64,000 nucleotides of DNA from Ramazzottius varieornatus (GCA_001949185.1 BDGG01000001.1:7514149-7578148); one strand, 5' to 3'. Numbered from the stretch's first letter, positions 1 to 13,895 are shown. The notes: generated by a model from the sequence alone, not told the origin. Numbers and translations are program-made.

Positions 1-688
1 CACATTTGGAAGAAGTTGGGAGAACGACACGGGTGTTTCGGACGAAACCAAGCTGGGTAACGAAGATTTGTTCGAGCGATGATGAGCTTTTTCCGCGAAT
101 GCGAGTGTCGCCTCTCACATTCTGCCAGAGCTTGATTTCTTTCTTCAGGGAAATCAGGTCACGGTCTCTCGCCGATTTTCCATTCGAGTCCCCTTCCCAC
201 TGGATCTTCGGGCAGTTGAAATCTCCTACGATGATGAGGTTACGACGTAGGAATGGTGGGACATGCTCCATCGACGAGCGAAGCTTAGTGAATACGTCAG
301 CGTCGTAGCTTGGTGCATAGATGACTCCGATCAGAACGTTCAAACGTAAACATATCAGCTTGATCCACATTACTTCCAGTCCATCCACTTCCAGGCTTGT
401 CATTCTGAGAGCTTGCAGATCTTTCTTCACGACAATGGCAACTCCACCACTCTTCTCCTTCTGACAACCTTCTCGATCTTTGCGGAAGAGGACGTATTGG
501 TCGAGGTCGGCAATCATACAATCAGGCGTTGACTGGTCTGCCCAAGTTTCGACCAGCGCGACGATATCCGCCTTCTTTTCTCGCATCCACCTCTTGATCA
601 CCTCGCTCTTGCTCCTGATGCCATTGACGTTTCCATAGAGGAATGACAGCTTCTTCCCGATTCCACCTGTAAACTTGAGTGGAGGCAT
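1..688 (-). mobile_element. Non-LTR retrotransposon ORF, N-terminal apurinic-endonuclease (APE) domain; runs off the window start
   Basis: Manual translation from ATG 688: MPPLKF..LYGNVNGIRSK..DIVALVETW..YVLFRKDR..SGGVAIVVK..LIIVGDFNCP, the canonical LINE APE motifs. It is intronless and absent from the ORF track, presumably because it has no stop in the window. Confidence 0.88.
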
Positions 689-2172
689 CGAATAAAAATT
701 CGAATAAAAGGGTAAAAACGAATAAAAATTAAAAAAAAATTGCTGGACATGGCCGATGGGAACATGCTGGGCTCCTCACATATGACAGGTTGAACAAATG
801 CAGGATTCGCGCTAGTATAACACACATATAAATATGGTGGTGGAAAACGAACATATAATATATATTACAGTGCTGATCAGGACTCGCTTCGCTCGTCCTT
901 TAAAGGTCTGTCGAAAAGTCAATGTGTGTCGCAAATGGTGAAGCTTTCTAATATCGCAAACTCCGTTATGTAAAACGATGCGCGAGTTGACCGGGGTTGC
1001 CAAAAACGTTTTATTCGCAATCCTAAGCAAACTCCATATGCCTGTCACAAAGGGAGCATTGAGAAAACCATCCGACCACGAGAAAGACTGCCAGTTTTCA
1101 GAAATCTTCCGCAAAAAACATTGGCAACAACGGGGAGAGGGGTAAGGGGAAAGGGGGAAACGGAAAGCGGAAAGGGGAAAGGTGGTTCAGTGGACAGAAG
1201 AGCCTGATCCGTCATCCTCCTCATTTGTTTGCTCTTTTGCTGTTATCGCATTCGCTCGGCCTTCCCAGTGGTCAGGACCACTAGCTAGTTTACAGTACTC
1301 CCCATCTATTGCATGTGGTCCCACAAAACGGTCTCTGGTAATGCTCGTTGTTGACATTGATAATTCGTCGTGAGTGCCATTCCACCGCAGAGGGTGAACA
1401 CTTGCGGGACGAAGGAAGGAAATTTATTAGCCTCGACAATCTAGTCAACGGCCTCCTCGATGTTCAGAGGAATTACCAAAACTATATCAGGTATAAAAGA
1501 CTGCAAGGCACTGTGCGGCGGGACCTGGTTGGATTACCGATGGGTGACGGACGGCACCAGTAACGTGACTAAGTCCTGCCGTCTCTTTGTGTCCGTCATG
1601 ACTCATCTGGGATCCGAATAGCTCTTACTGAATCTTACGATCACATTCCAGCCCTTACATATTTGAAGATCTGCTTTACGGCTTCCGTTTTGTGTGCCGT
1701 CGGCCATACCGATTACGCGGCAAAGAGACGCAGGAAGTGACTTGTTACTGAAATCCTCGACAGAGCAGATGTAGCTCGGCTGTACAAATGGCTTTGCCGG
1801 CTTTCAGTCAACTTGGCGTACGACTCCGCCAGCTGTTTGACATAACGGATAGCCGGACTCAGCAAATAGCTTTGATTGGTTTTTGAACACCAGATTACAA
1901 TGAATTACGATCTTAATAAACATAACACGATCTTACGCGATGTAATATGTAATAAATAGCTGAAATATAATTTCCGGGTAGTTTCTATAGCACACATCAG
2001 GCTCGAAATCCGAATCAACCACGCACCAGAAAAGTTTTGGTGTTCGGTGGAATTTTCTTTGTAAAAAGAAATGGAGGAGATCTGGGTCTGAAACCGTCAC
2101 CGTTCTGAAGCCGGCTTAAGTTAGGCCGTTTGACATAACGGCTCCTGCGGCTAGTCGAGTCAAGCCGAGCTA

Positions 2173-3430
2173 TTAGGTGCGGAAGTATGACTTGTAACAC
2201 GTCAACTTCAAAAAATCATGGTTACACTCCCCCTTGTTTTATTGTCAGAAAGTTTTTTTCCTTTCACTCTACCAACTTTTAACCATTGTTTGGTGTTCTA
2301 CTGCTCTGAGTTTCTCAGCTCCGCGGCGAAGCAGGAATAATTTTGTCTCAATCGTTGATAACCAGATTTTTGGGTCCTTCAAGACTGAATTTTTTCGACG
2401 CATCCCAAACGGGCTAGGAGATATGCTCCATTTTTCGAAAGAAAGCAGCTAACCACTGTACTGTAGGAGATCGGGTAAGTCCTCTCCTCTCTGGAGATTT
2501 TCTGCTCGGAAGTCACCCCTACGGAAGACCGAAATTGGGGGCGGACAACAACGTACTCGGGGACATTGTTGAATCCGATTCTCCCCGAACTCCTGTAGAA
2601 TCCTTACGAGACCTTGAAGAGTCTCAGTTAATCCTTGCCGGACATTTAGACAAAGGGGGGAGGCAAAAGAATTAGGGAATCGGATAACCCCGTTTATCTC
2701 GCGTACCTTAGAAATAGCGCAGAGTTTTGCCCTTCCTTACTTTCCCGGTGTTGAACCTGAGCGTACCATTCTTAGATCGCATTGTCGCCAGTAGCAATAA
2801 ATGGGCTCTATACGACGTCCAGAAGCAAAAATTGGAATGTTTGAAAAGAGCGGAAGTACGGCAGAAAATTTCGAATCGAGTGCGGTACCAGAGAAAAATT
2901 ATGGTTACTGTCTTATCTTATAATCCAGACCGCTATAATATCCTCCTGATCGGCGTAACGATAGCCGCTAACTAGACCTCTCTGGAACGGGAAAGAATCA
3001 TAGAAAAGCTTGCCGTTAACTAAACGAAATTATTCGGTCGACTCACAGCACCACTGTTGCAAGTCAGCTCTAGAGTGCACACTGAACAAAGAGCTTCCGC
3101 AAAACTGCAGGAGGCGGGGCTGGAAACTCTCTTTCAATATCAGAAAGAGTGGACCTGATACTGAAGGATCATCACCATGTCGCAGAATTAAAGCACCTCC
3201 AGCGAGAAAGAAAAATTTCCTCCAGAGAGGCTGCAAAAGCTGGCTGCGAAGCTGGCTCTTCTCTTCCCTCATATTTCTACAGTTGAGCCACCGACGCGCT
3301 ACCGAAAGAATGACTGAAGTACCTTGCTAGTATAGGTGGATAACTTGATCAAAAATACCGAGGTTTGAAGTCAGGAAAATTATTTGAAAATCTTCGGAGG
3401 AGGAGTAACAAGTCATACTTCCGCACCTAA
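2173..3430. mobile_element. Non-autonomous Tc1/mariner-type DNA transposon (TA TSD, 23-bp TIR)
   Basis: ta|TTAGGTGCGGAAGTATGACTTGT at 2171-2195 and its perfect reverse complement ACAAGTCATACTTCCGCACCTAA|ta at 3408-3432. TTAGGT termini with TA flanks are typical of mariner. No intact transposase ORF. Confidence 0.8.
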
Positions 3431-4549
3431 TAAGTCAAGCTACATCTACACTAGTCCTCGATAGCAGCGTAGGCCAGCTGAATTTTCATAGCTGGTCGCT
3501 CTCGTTAATACCGCGCATGCACATTTCATTCCGTCCTCATTATCACTTGTCATTTTTCCATATCGTAATTCATATAGGATACTTGACAGATCCCCGCGCA
3601 CTCGGTGCACCGGGAACGTAAGAACGACAGGTTAGTTCTTGATCGACTCCAGCGGGTCTGTCTTTTCTTCAGCCTTCATCTCATCGCGCTGTTGGGATAG
3701 CTTGCGCGGAGAGATCCTACAGGACATCTTGGACTGCTTTCTTTATTGTATTTCAATCAATCTCGTTGTAGTAATATTACACCAGCTTCTACGGTCGAGA
3801 AGATCCAGTGCGCCACTTGCAGCGCCATTTGGTACCAAATGTTACTGTTTTCACAGATGTCCTGCTGAGTTCAGGTCTTTCAGTGCTTGCTTGGCCTAAT
3901 TATTATTTTGTTCAACAGTGGGGGACAGTGGTGTATTGGTGACTTGGTATTCTGTGGCTCAAGACTGGAGTCCCGCGGAGCGAAAAGATAATTACGTCCA
4001 ATTGTCCTGTTCACTCTTTCGTGTTGATTCTAATGCGCGCACGCAGTCGTCGTTGGTCCCGATTGCATGATGGGATGCTCTGTCGATTGCTGTAGATGCG
4101 TTGGAGCAAGCTACGCTCATCAAGTTGGGCTTGTCTTTGCCTCAGTACGAGATTCAGTTGTTTCGCATAGCTTCAGCCAGCTGTTACGCAGAACCGAGCA
4201 CTCAAAGTGGAGATAATCGTTTGCGATGTCCGCCTTTATCGAGTACACTTTGAGCTTCAATAACATCAGACGATATCTGGCATCCAACCGCCCGAACTCC
4301 TTTGGGCTCGAAGAGGGCAGATTTGACTCTTGTGCATCGATCTTCATCTATCCACACTGATTACAATCCCCGATTGCTCTCTATCCAGAAAGTTGGATTG
4401 TTTCCGGGTCGCCATCCGTTCACGAGTCAGGAAAATACCCAAGACGTCGAACTTTCTAGTTTGGACGTTTCTTCTTGCTGGGCGAGTCAGCTGAGTCAGT
4501 TTGGTGAATAGTCGATCGGCATTGCTCTTGTTTGTCGTTTCGCGCGGAA

Positions 4550-7157
4550 ATGCTCGATACAGCTGGCGCGCTAAACTCGTCAGCTGGGAACACGACGTCA
4601 ACAGCTTCCTTCTCAATTAGCCCGATCGTCTCAACAAGCCTCTTGGTGGTAATAGCGCTTATATGGATCACTGCCTTCATCACAAACCTTTTCCTGTGTA
4701 TTGTCTTCACCAAGAATGTCCACCTGCGAACCAACTTCAATTTATACCTATTCAACATGACCATCGCAGATCTATTATTCGTTCTCTTATCCATGACCAA
4801 CTTCATGCTGTATATTTTCTTGGCATATTCTCCGCTGGGGTATCATGGTTGCACTTCGTGGCTATACTTCGACTGGATACTGTCCAGTGCGACGGAGAAT
4901 ACGATGATGTTGATTAGTTTAGATCGGGTATACTCGATCTACTGGCCGATCAGATACCGGAACCTCCAGTCGACTAATTACTCAAAGGTCGCCGTGGCCT
5001 GCATGTGGATATGGATTAACATTCTCATTCTACCTCCGTTGGTGTTGTCAAGAACAGATGGAACGGTGTCTGGAGGGATTTGTGGTATAGACTATGAGCG
5101 AGTAAAAAGCCGGGAAATGATCGCTGCCAGTGTGGTGCTGGCCTTTTGGCTGCCGGAAGCTGTCACCGTCCTTTCCTACACCATTATTGCCTTCAAGGCC
5201 AGGAACATCTTTCATTTGCCACACGAAAACACAAATGCGCCAGATGTTTCCCAAAGTAAGAATAAATACGTCCTATGGAGCTTAGCTGTTGAAGCAGCAT
5301 AATAAAGACCCGATCATGGTCGCATTGGTAAGGACCGGTGGGACCTGGAGACCTATAACGTTACAAGCTAACTTGGGAGCTCGGCAAACAGACTCGACAA
5401 AGATGGTTTTTCCATGTGGCGCGCTTTTCCGTTTTGGCTGGAGGCGCGAGCCGCTTGGGAGAGCGATTGGGTCGAACTTGTCTGCCGAGCACCACTACTC
5501 CTTGATAATGGAGGCCTGGTTTTCGAAGGGCTTTCAAGGAGTAGACGAACACTGCTAACATGAATGCACATTTTAGCAGAATTCAATCAACAGCCCGCTC
5601 GCACCAGCTTGCCACTAATAAAATCAAGTCTTCTCTTGGATGAATTAGTGTTTCATCCCAAACTGATTGTCCCTGGCATAAAATCCTTCTGGCCATCTCC
5701 AGAAAATTTTTTAACCAGGAATCTTCGCACGAAAAGTCCGGAGCGACGTTAAACTGGGGGAGGGGAGGGGGAAGAGTGAAAAATGCACCAACTTTTGCCG
5801 TTTCTTGGACGGTTTTTGAAAAAGTGTTTTCCGTCGATATCTCGCGGTACTGTTGTTAAAAAAATTAGGACAATTAAGAACCAAACTACAGGAAAAGAAG
5901 TTGGAAATACAAATCTGCCGTTCTGGAAGAGTGCTAGAAAACTTGCCAGAAACGATTTTTGCCGGCAAAACGACCAGATTCGACGCTTTTAAATCGTTGG
6001 CCTAGTTCTTTCGGACCCTTTCTACTCTTTCTCGACTCCCCCTCCCCCCCCTAACGGGACTGAGAGTCTGTTTGTATTCATCTAGACATGAAATTCCAAA
6101 CCTGGAGCTAGGCAGACTGTATTTGACCTGCGGCGGAAGGTTTTCCTCACCGGAAGTCGGGCTTGTCAAGTTTCCAAGCTGCTTGTCAGTGTAGCAGAAC
6201 GAATCATGGCTCAGTCAAAGCAGCTTGAGAATTTGTATCGAACAAGTGAAAGCATGAACAGGAATAAAGCAGTTCGAATTTTTCCTCGTTGATATGCCAG
6301 GTGGTAGCTAGTCGGTGCGAGCGGGGGTGTAGTTTGGCTTGAAAAGGGTTACTGTAATTTCCATGGATGCAGGAGATGGTGCACCGTATTTTTCGCGTAT
6401 CGTTACGTTTGGTCTCAAAAGTCAAAACACTAATGAAAATTTCCTTATGTTGCCTGATTTCTTCCTGTTATACAACGGCGTTCCGGCACAACAAGCTGCG
6501 GGATTAACCATCTTATCTTGATACTGTCCGACCGTATGTTAGCCTGGAGCAAGATCCGCAAAGAGTAAATTTAGCGCTTTTCTAGAAGTGCAGTGATCCG
6601 CCCATTTGCGCTGAACGATTTCCCGGTGTATTGACGTAAATTTGTCTGGCGGAAGTCTGCTCAACGGTTGCGAGAAGAGATGACTGATGCACCACGCTTC
6701 CGTTTGCTTACTACTCGCACATACCAAAACATCACACCGTACTCAGTCCGTGGGTTTGCTCTTTCCAGACAACGTCCTCCTACATGACCTTGATCGCGAT
6801 GGATCGTTACGACTTCCGATGGTAGCCGCTGACGAAGAAGTATCGCAAGGAAAGGGAGGACTTTCGCGAGTCAAGAGTTCCGCCAATCGGCAACAGAAAG
6901 AACGTCGAATGTTCCAGCTTTCCTTGTACCTGGCCATTGCGGTCTTCCTCTGTTGCGGACCGGTGGATTTCTACTACTTGTTTGCTGCCGTCAAGCCCGA
7001 GTGGGCCACCTTCCCCTTCTACCTGATCGCCAATCTCTTTAATTTCTTTCACTGCATATTGAACCCTGTGCTTTATGCCAGGTCGGTCGATATCAGGCAA
7101 GCCCTCCGGAACCTTTTCCCCCAACGACGTCCCGATCCGACCAAATCGAGTTTGTAA
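4550..7157 (+). CDS. Rhodopsin-like (class A) GPCR, 2 exons (4550-5255, 6769-7157)
   Basis: TM1 TNLFL, TM2 NMTIADLL, TM3 ISLDRVYSIYWPIRY, TM5 FWLP, TM6 CCGP, TM7 NPVLY. Phase-compatible GT-AG intron 5256-6768. Confidence 0.9.
5373..5490. repeat. Intronic palindromic hairpin element (1 unit), GPCR intron
   Basis: gggagctcggcaaacagactcgac...gtggcgcgc..loop..gcgagccgc...gtcgaacttgtctgccgagc. Confidence 0.85.
5747..6056. mobile_element. Possible second MITE-like element with G/C-tract terminal inverted repeats
   Basis: cgtta..gggggaggggagggggaagagtgaaaa at 5747-5782 versus tttctactctttctcgactccccctcccccccctaacg at 6019-6056 (imperfect inverted repeat). Confidence 0.5.
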
Positions 7158-7409
7158 ACTTTTCTTGAGATGCTTTCAGATTCTCAGCCGCTGCGTGCGC
7201 CCCTTTTTTCGCACCTTACGCCAGGACCACATTTCTGCCTGAACCCTCTCCTGTATGGGTGCTCATTGGAAAACAGATCAAATTTACCGTTAAAATTCTA
7301 ATTTTGCTTTCATCCGATGGGGACCGAACAACTCATACCTAATGTGGAAGATTTACTCATAAATCGTCCGCCTTATTGGCGACAATGAGAATGGCCTTCC
7401 CGCCCATTG

Positions 7410-9464
7410 TTAGCCTTTATTCCCCACAACTTGATCAGCCGGTTCGCCAGCGTACGTAATCTTCCGTCGGTCCAGATCGATGTAACAGAATGCACACAAG
7501 GAGGCTATCATGAAGAAAGCAGCCAAGGCGAAGGAGAACCCCGGCCACCACATGACCGATCCGGCAAAGACCGACGTGAATACGAAAGCACCAAGAATGG
7601 GTACTACCGCTTGCAGCGCCGCGATGACTGACATCATCTTCCCGCGTTCGTCTTCATCCACCAGGTTTGACAACAGAGACCTGGCCGCCACGTACTGCAA
7701 GCCGGCCAGTGCTCCGACCACCGCCGATGCCAAAGCCAGCCATTTAGTGAAGGCGAAGCTAGCCACTACGTAGCCCAGAATGGCCGATGTGACACCGATT
7801 ATTCCAATGGCCGTATCTTTCAGGTTAAGAAGCCTTTTCAGGACAGGAACAGCCGCCATCATGATGATGCCGGTGGCGATACCGTTGACCGAGGTGAAGA
7901 CTGTGTAAGTGCTCAGTGTCCAGTTCAGCGGAGGATTCTCGAAGAAAAGCTGCTGGATGGAACCCACACCTGAAAAGCACAAGTGCACGACCCGAGTCCA
8001 TTTTGTCTGAGCTGAGGTCAAAAGTATGATTTAAATGCTCGCTACCTGACATGCAAGAAGCGGCAACAGTGGTCGCAATCAGAATCAGATGGATGTGTCT
8101 TCGAGTAAGTCCAACTCGTTCCTTCAGCAACATCTCCTTGTTTTCTCGCAGATTTCTCGTCGTGAACAGCTTCCGCCATTCGTTCCGTCGGAAGTTTCTA
8201 GCTAATACTCTACGATCTCGGATGAAGAATACGATGTAGAGAATGCAAAGCAGCAAGAGTCCGGCGTACAGCATGAAAGGATAGCCGAAGCCGTAGATGC
8301 CATACAGAGCGCCACCTACGATGCTCCCTATATTGGTGGACAAGGCATGCGTCCCGTCGAACACAGCCAGATTGATGACCAGCGAACCGGGTGTGCTATA
8401 ATCACCCATGAAGGCAAAGATGGCGGCTAGAGAGATGATCCAGCCACCAAAGACGGAAGAAAGGAGCGGGACGATGAGGATCCATGCTGGGTGGGAAGGG
8501 AAGTAGGCGAAGTAAGTGAGAAGGAGAGCGCTGAACAGCATACCGATGAAAGGGACCACCATGGGGATTTTCCTGCCGAAGTGATCACTCCACGAGCCTG
8601 TATGAATGAGTAAGTTGATCATTAAAATTTCAGAACATATTCAATGGATCCATTTGACTGAGATAAAGTACCGGAAAAGATGGCGATGAGTGCGCTGGGA
8701 ATGCTGCCGACGAGGCTGTTGAAGAACGAATAGTGTGAAGTCCATGCTGTGACGCGAGTGTTTTCCATTCGGAACATGTCGCTGGTAATGTTGTGGCAAA
8801 TTTCCGAGGGATAAATCAGCTGGTACTCGCAGACCTGCAAGTAGAAACAACAACTCATCGTCCCGGTGCAGAATTTCCTAATATTCTCTGAATTAATTTT
8901 TCGTACTACTACCCTGTCGACAACGGTCAAGTGGGAAATTCACTAAGGTATTTTTCTCTTCGACGCATTTAGTGATTGTGAGCTCCTACGGTATAAAATG
9001 GAACTTACCCGGGCTTTGAATAATTCGATGATGACAGGCCCAGCTAGCCCACTAGCCAGTCCAAAGAAGAAAGCAATGGGGGCCAACTGCAGTGAGGCAT
9101 ACAAGGGAGGTAGTCTGGAAACGGGGACGTTGGACCTTGCTGTGGTCGAGACGCCGTCCCCAAGAGTATCTTGTGACCGCCACTCATCGTCCCGGTCGTC
9201 ATCGCGCAGAGGCACACGTTGATAAGGGCCAGGTTGGTTAGCCGCTCCTCGTAGCAATGAATGGCTTTCTTGGGCTTCTTCTCGTGGCACATCGTTGGCC
9301 ACCTGTTGCTCAACATGAAGTTGAGGGTATCCAGCTAGGACCTCTTCCGCATCGTGCAGACTCTCGATGTCGGCAACTGGTGCGATAATGGATGCTGGAC
9401 GAGGTGGTATAACCACCACGGTTTCGTCGTTGCCCAGAACTCTGGGAGAAGTTGTTAAAGACAT
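7410..9464 (-). CDS. SLC46/PCFT-like MFS transporter (multi-exon)
   Basis: GSWSDHFGRK MFS motif, luminal 'ICHNITS' loop, 'RSLLSNLVDEDERGK' motif and multiple TM segments across ORFs 8943-9464, 8622-8930, 7825-8622 and 7410-8021. Confidence 0.85.
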
Positions 9465-9882
9465 ATTGAGCTCCGTAGCTTATCCGAAAATCTTATGCTA
9501 TGTTATCGGCATTGTCGGGTTTGTCCATGTTTGCCTGACACAAACTACGCATCGATATGAGCAAAGCATCATTTCAAAGACCGAAGAAAAAGTCGTCAAG
9601 CGACTCGTCTTTGTTGATTACAGTGTTTGGTTTGCTCATTGTCTGCTGAAAACCCAGCAATTCACCGGAAGCCATTTGCAGAACGGCCAACTGTACCACG
9701 TGATGTAACGAAAACGTTAGTCATCATCACGTATTCCACTGTATAAAACGCAAACACACTCGATCCCGCATTCTGTTTTATTTGAATTTAGATCACAGAA
9801 TATAATACTGTACTCGAGCATCTATAAAATCTACTGGAATTTTTTTCCCGATGGAAAAAAACCCGCCAGTATTGATGTTTGG

Positions 9883-12800
9883 TTATTTCTGGCGGAAGAA
9901 GTGGAGGACTTGATCGTCCCGCACGTGAAAGTTATGGACCAGCGCAGGTCCTGTGTAGTCTTTCTGGTCAAGTTCATTTCGCCATCTTCCAGGCGGAATT
10001 TGTACGGACCGCGAACTGCTCTCTGGGTCCAGGAGCGGCGCCACCATCAGATCGTCTCCAACCAGGAACTGGTCATCAATATTCCATCCCGCTTCCCAGT
10101 CGCCGTCAATCCACCACATCGGTCGGACAATCGGGTAACCCGTCCTCGTAGAATCGATTGCGAGCTGCACAAACAGATCCACGTGCTTTGCCCGAAGGTT
10201 CATTAGCTTGAGTGCGTCGCTTGTAGCCGTCCCGCTGTATATCCATGGTGGAATGGAGAACTGGATACTCGGCATGAATACTGTGGCAGCTAACCAGCGA
10301 AGGAAGAGTTTCTCGCTTGGAAATTGGCTTTCTGAAAAAGAAGCGAATTCTAAAAATCACTGAAGAAATAAAATCGTCAACATTGGGAAAGCTTGAGGAA
10401 CAAACTCGGCCAGACCACTTTTCCAAGTGGCGCACATACCAGTAAATAACACTGCAAACGTGCGCCACTTAAGAAGCCAATCTTCTTGTTCTCCTGTAAC
10501 GCTCCCACACTGAAAATTACAACTAGCGTCCAATTAAATGAAGTTGAAATTCAGCCAGAGATCAAAAATTCCCCGGAACAGTTCTTTCCGATCAAAGTTC
10601 GAACTGACGGAAAAGCAACCCTTGTTGACGGTATGGTAGATAGGGAGGAATTACCTAACAGTCCAGACGCGAAATCACCCTCGCTGACATTTCGATAAGC
10701 GTTGCCTCCAATCATATCGGGCAAGACGAATGGGTAACCCAAGATACCAAAAGTCAGGGCGCTGGGGATCATGGTCCGCAGGCCGTTATCGTAGCCTTCA
10801 ACAGAGTCCTTGTCTAACATGCGGACAAATATCGGCTGATGTTGCGTGTGCAAACCGATACGGAATTCCAGACTGCTAACCATAGCCTTATTTTCCTCAG
10901 CGCAAACCGCGTCTGTAAACACACCAACTCAAAAGACCTATACTCAAATGAATGCGCGATTTAGTACTGACAACGCACTGATGTATGCTTTTCCGTAGTA
11001 ATCCGGGTTCACCGCGTCCTCGTGGAACTTTCGATAGTTCGGGGTCCAGCCAGCTTCACCGCCGTCTTGCTTGAACGATGTGATGTTATATCGATCTCGA
11101 AACTGCTCCAGTCGACTGAGGTACCATCGCGCAGCTTCCGGGTTGGTGAAGTCCACTAGTGCAGCAAGATGTCCCTGCCACCTGAAAGAACCTCACGCAT
11201 ATTGTCACGGGACTTCTCCGCATGTTGCCATTGGGTATTGCTTACCACCATGTCATGGCAGGTATACGACCATCTTCTCTCAGCACAAAGGAGCGGTTCA
11301 ACATTAGCAGTCCCTCGTTCATCGCCGACGAGTCGTGGTTGATGAACGGGTAGACCCATACCGTGACATTGTACCCATATCGATGAGCGTGTTCGATTGG
11401 GATACTCGGGTCCGGGAACTTGGTCAGGTTGAACGAGAAATCGCCGTATTTCAGCTGGTATCCATCATCAATCTCGATATTACTCGCGCCGAAACCCAGG
11501 TTGTGAATTCTGTCGATAAACTCGATAAGTTTGGGTTCGTCGATCGAGGTTTTGTAGCTGACCCACGTTGACCAGATAGGCCACCTAAAAGGTGGCACAG
11601 CGCTCAAGCACGATTACGGTGGTTCAAATTTCCTACATGGGACACTCCACAAACAATCTCGATTAGATGATTATTCCAAGTGGCGCACGTCTCCAATGCT
11701 GTTGGCAGAAACTGTGCGCCACTTGGAAAACCGATCTTGCCGAATTTGTTTTCCTAAGTGCCGCACCCTTCCAGCCAATAAAAATGGAAGGTTGCGCCGC
11801 TTGGAAAAACAACCTTGTCGCGTTTGTTTACCGAGGTTTCCTGTGGTCTTACCTGAACATGCCTTGGGAGGGAATACCGGTAGGGCGTGGCCAAGGGAGC
11901 GGGCTCACGTTCCCCAAAATACTCTTATGGACATGCTGGACGTTCTTGCCGACGCAGACGGTGTACTTTATTTGGAGAGACTTTTGCTGTGCCCGAACGT
12001 AGGGTGCGTGGAGGTACGAAGATTTCAGGCAGAGCTTACCGTCCCCCGTTGAATTAAAGCTGGTGTGGAGGGGTTGGCTCTTCGCGTCGTAGTCGACCCA
12101 CAGAGCCACTCCATCCGTGGATATCCAGTAAGGTTCCAGGACGCTGCCGTACTCCGTCCTATCCTACAATTCATCATAGAATTATGAAAATGCAAAGCTG
12201 GTGTCTACCGAAGGTACGCTGCATCGTAGGAAAATGGCGCATGTCCAGGCTTGTGACGATCTCTACGGCCCATGACAAGCAATTGCTGTACATCACCAGT
12301 GCGTATACCAGATCAATTGCAGGAAGTTACGCGATCGCTAAGATTTTTAACATTCTTTTAGACGAACCTGTAGAATATCCCCAGATACAAAAGGTCCCAT
12401 ATTCTTCCGTAGCTCCATCGGCCATCTCTGTTCGAACAACAGTCCTCCACCATACCATTTGCCCTGTCCCAGCTCTATACAGTCCGTCACTTCCGAATCC
12501 AGCGTACCGGTCCATGTCACCGTTGAACATTCAAACCCCTTCGCGTTCTCATAAGTCTTATGTTCAAAGGCTAGCGTAAAATTGTCATTTTCATTCGTCC
12601 ACACGTCATAGCACACCTTCGCCGGCCCCGGGTTCGAACAATTGGCGTAACTACGAAGACCTCCGTCGAAGCTGACTCCGAGGGTTAATTCAGCCATGTG
12701 GTTCTTCGTACTGACCGGCGACCTCAGCCTGAGTTTCATCGGCTTCGCCCCACCGATGGACAAAACTGCGGAGTTACCGACACCGAATGAGACCTCTTGA

Positions 12801-13018
12801 GGGGGAAGGATGGCTGGTGGTGCAGGCGGGAGGGTCGCTTCTTCACGGAGAAGTGCCCATGTTAAAAGACCGGCGACTATGCCGGCGCATATGATGACGA
12901 CGATGATGGCGATGGCCCAAGCGATCTTGATCTTCCGACTGAATTCCTCATCCTTGCTCTCGGTGTAACTGGTATAACGTTTGAAATCTTCGCTCTCCGA
13001 TTTGCGCAATGGTGCCAT
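9883..13018 (-). CDS. MYORG: GH31 glycosidase, myogenesis-regulating glycosidase (MYORG)-like type II membrane protein (multi-exon)
   Basis: N-terminal TM, KWYGGG, PIWSTW, IEIDDGY, DFTNPEAARWY, FKQDGGE (nucleophile), LPDMIGGN (acid/base), DQFLVGDDLMVAP. Confidence 0.85.
10383..10507. repeat. Intronic palindromic hairpin element (1 unit), MYORG intron
   Basis: ccaagtggcgcac-ataccagtaaataacactgcaaac-gtgcgccactt. Confidence 0.9.
11638..11841. repeat. Intronic palindromic hairpin element (2 units, opposite loop orientation), MYORG intron
   Basis: caagtggcgcac..gtgcgccacttg followed by aagtgccgcac..ttgcgccgctt. Confidence 0.9.
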
Positions 13019-13895
13019 CTGTAGATAGTCCAAGCAACAGGTGATGTTATAAAGGTACGGTCAGCAAAATTCGCATTAGCAGGAGTTTGAATTTCCAGTT
13101 TTTCTGGCTACATTAGCAAGTCAGCATGCAGATATCGGAATCAAGTTTCGGAAATCGACAACAGACTGCGAAGCAGTTTGTCTCGAGCAGCTTTGATGTG
13201 ATTGCATGCTGTGGTCCTTCGACGAACAGAATGATAACAATAATAAGGTTTATCAGCGCTGCCAACACAAGCGAAGAATGCGATTAGCATTTGGTCGTCG
13301 AAACTCTGCGAGAAACATACTTGCCGTCTTTTCATCGTCTGGCTGTAATAACCTAGTCCTAGGGGTGTTTTCGGATATCCATGGCGTCCTGGAATCAATT
13401 GCTGGAACTGTGTTGCTGTTACCGGAACTTGGCAGCGGAAACATCCCACAAAAATAAACGACAAGTTTTGCAGTTGAGAGTCAAGACTGTCTAGTGTTAT
13501 GTTATACAGTCTATTACCGGTACGTGTAACTCGATGACATGTCCACTGCTGATAAAGATGAACCGATGATTCACGGCAGTCGAGCAGCCATCAATCAAAG
13601 ACCACTTGACATACTTACGTCGCTTGATAAGGTGTGCCCAGTCATCTAACGCTCGTCTGTTGGCTGATTGTTGAATGGCCAGCATCAACAGACCGGAAGT
13701 CGTAAAGTTGCTGGGGCCATTTTGTGCATAATTTTTTTCTCCGTACGTACTCCATACCTTGAGCAGGTGGATCTCTTTGTACCTCTTCGAGCAAGTGTTT
13801 CGACAGACTACAGGTACACTCTCTTCGGGAAGTGAACAAGCCATCTGCTATTTTCAAGACGCCAGTGCGGACTGCATTCTACTTAGACGTTCATC

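Noticed and set aside
11638-11841. Hairpin arrays as CRISPR-like repeat-spacer units
   Set aside because: The 'spacers' are homologous variants of one loop sequence (CAGTGTTATTGGCTG or its reverse complement), not unique acquired sequences.
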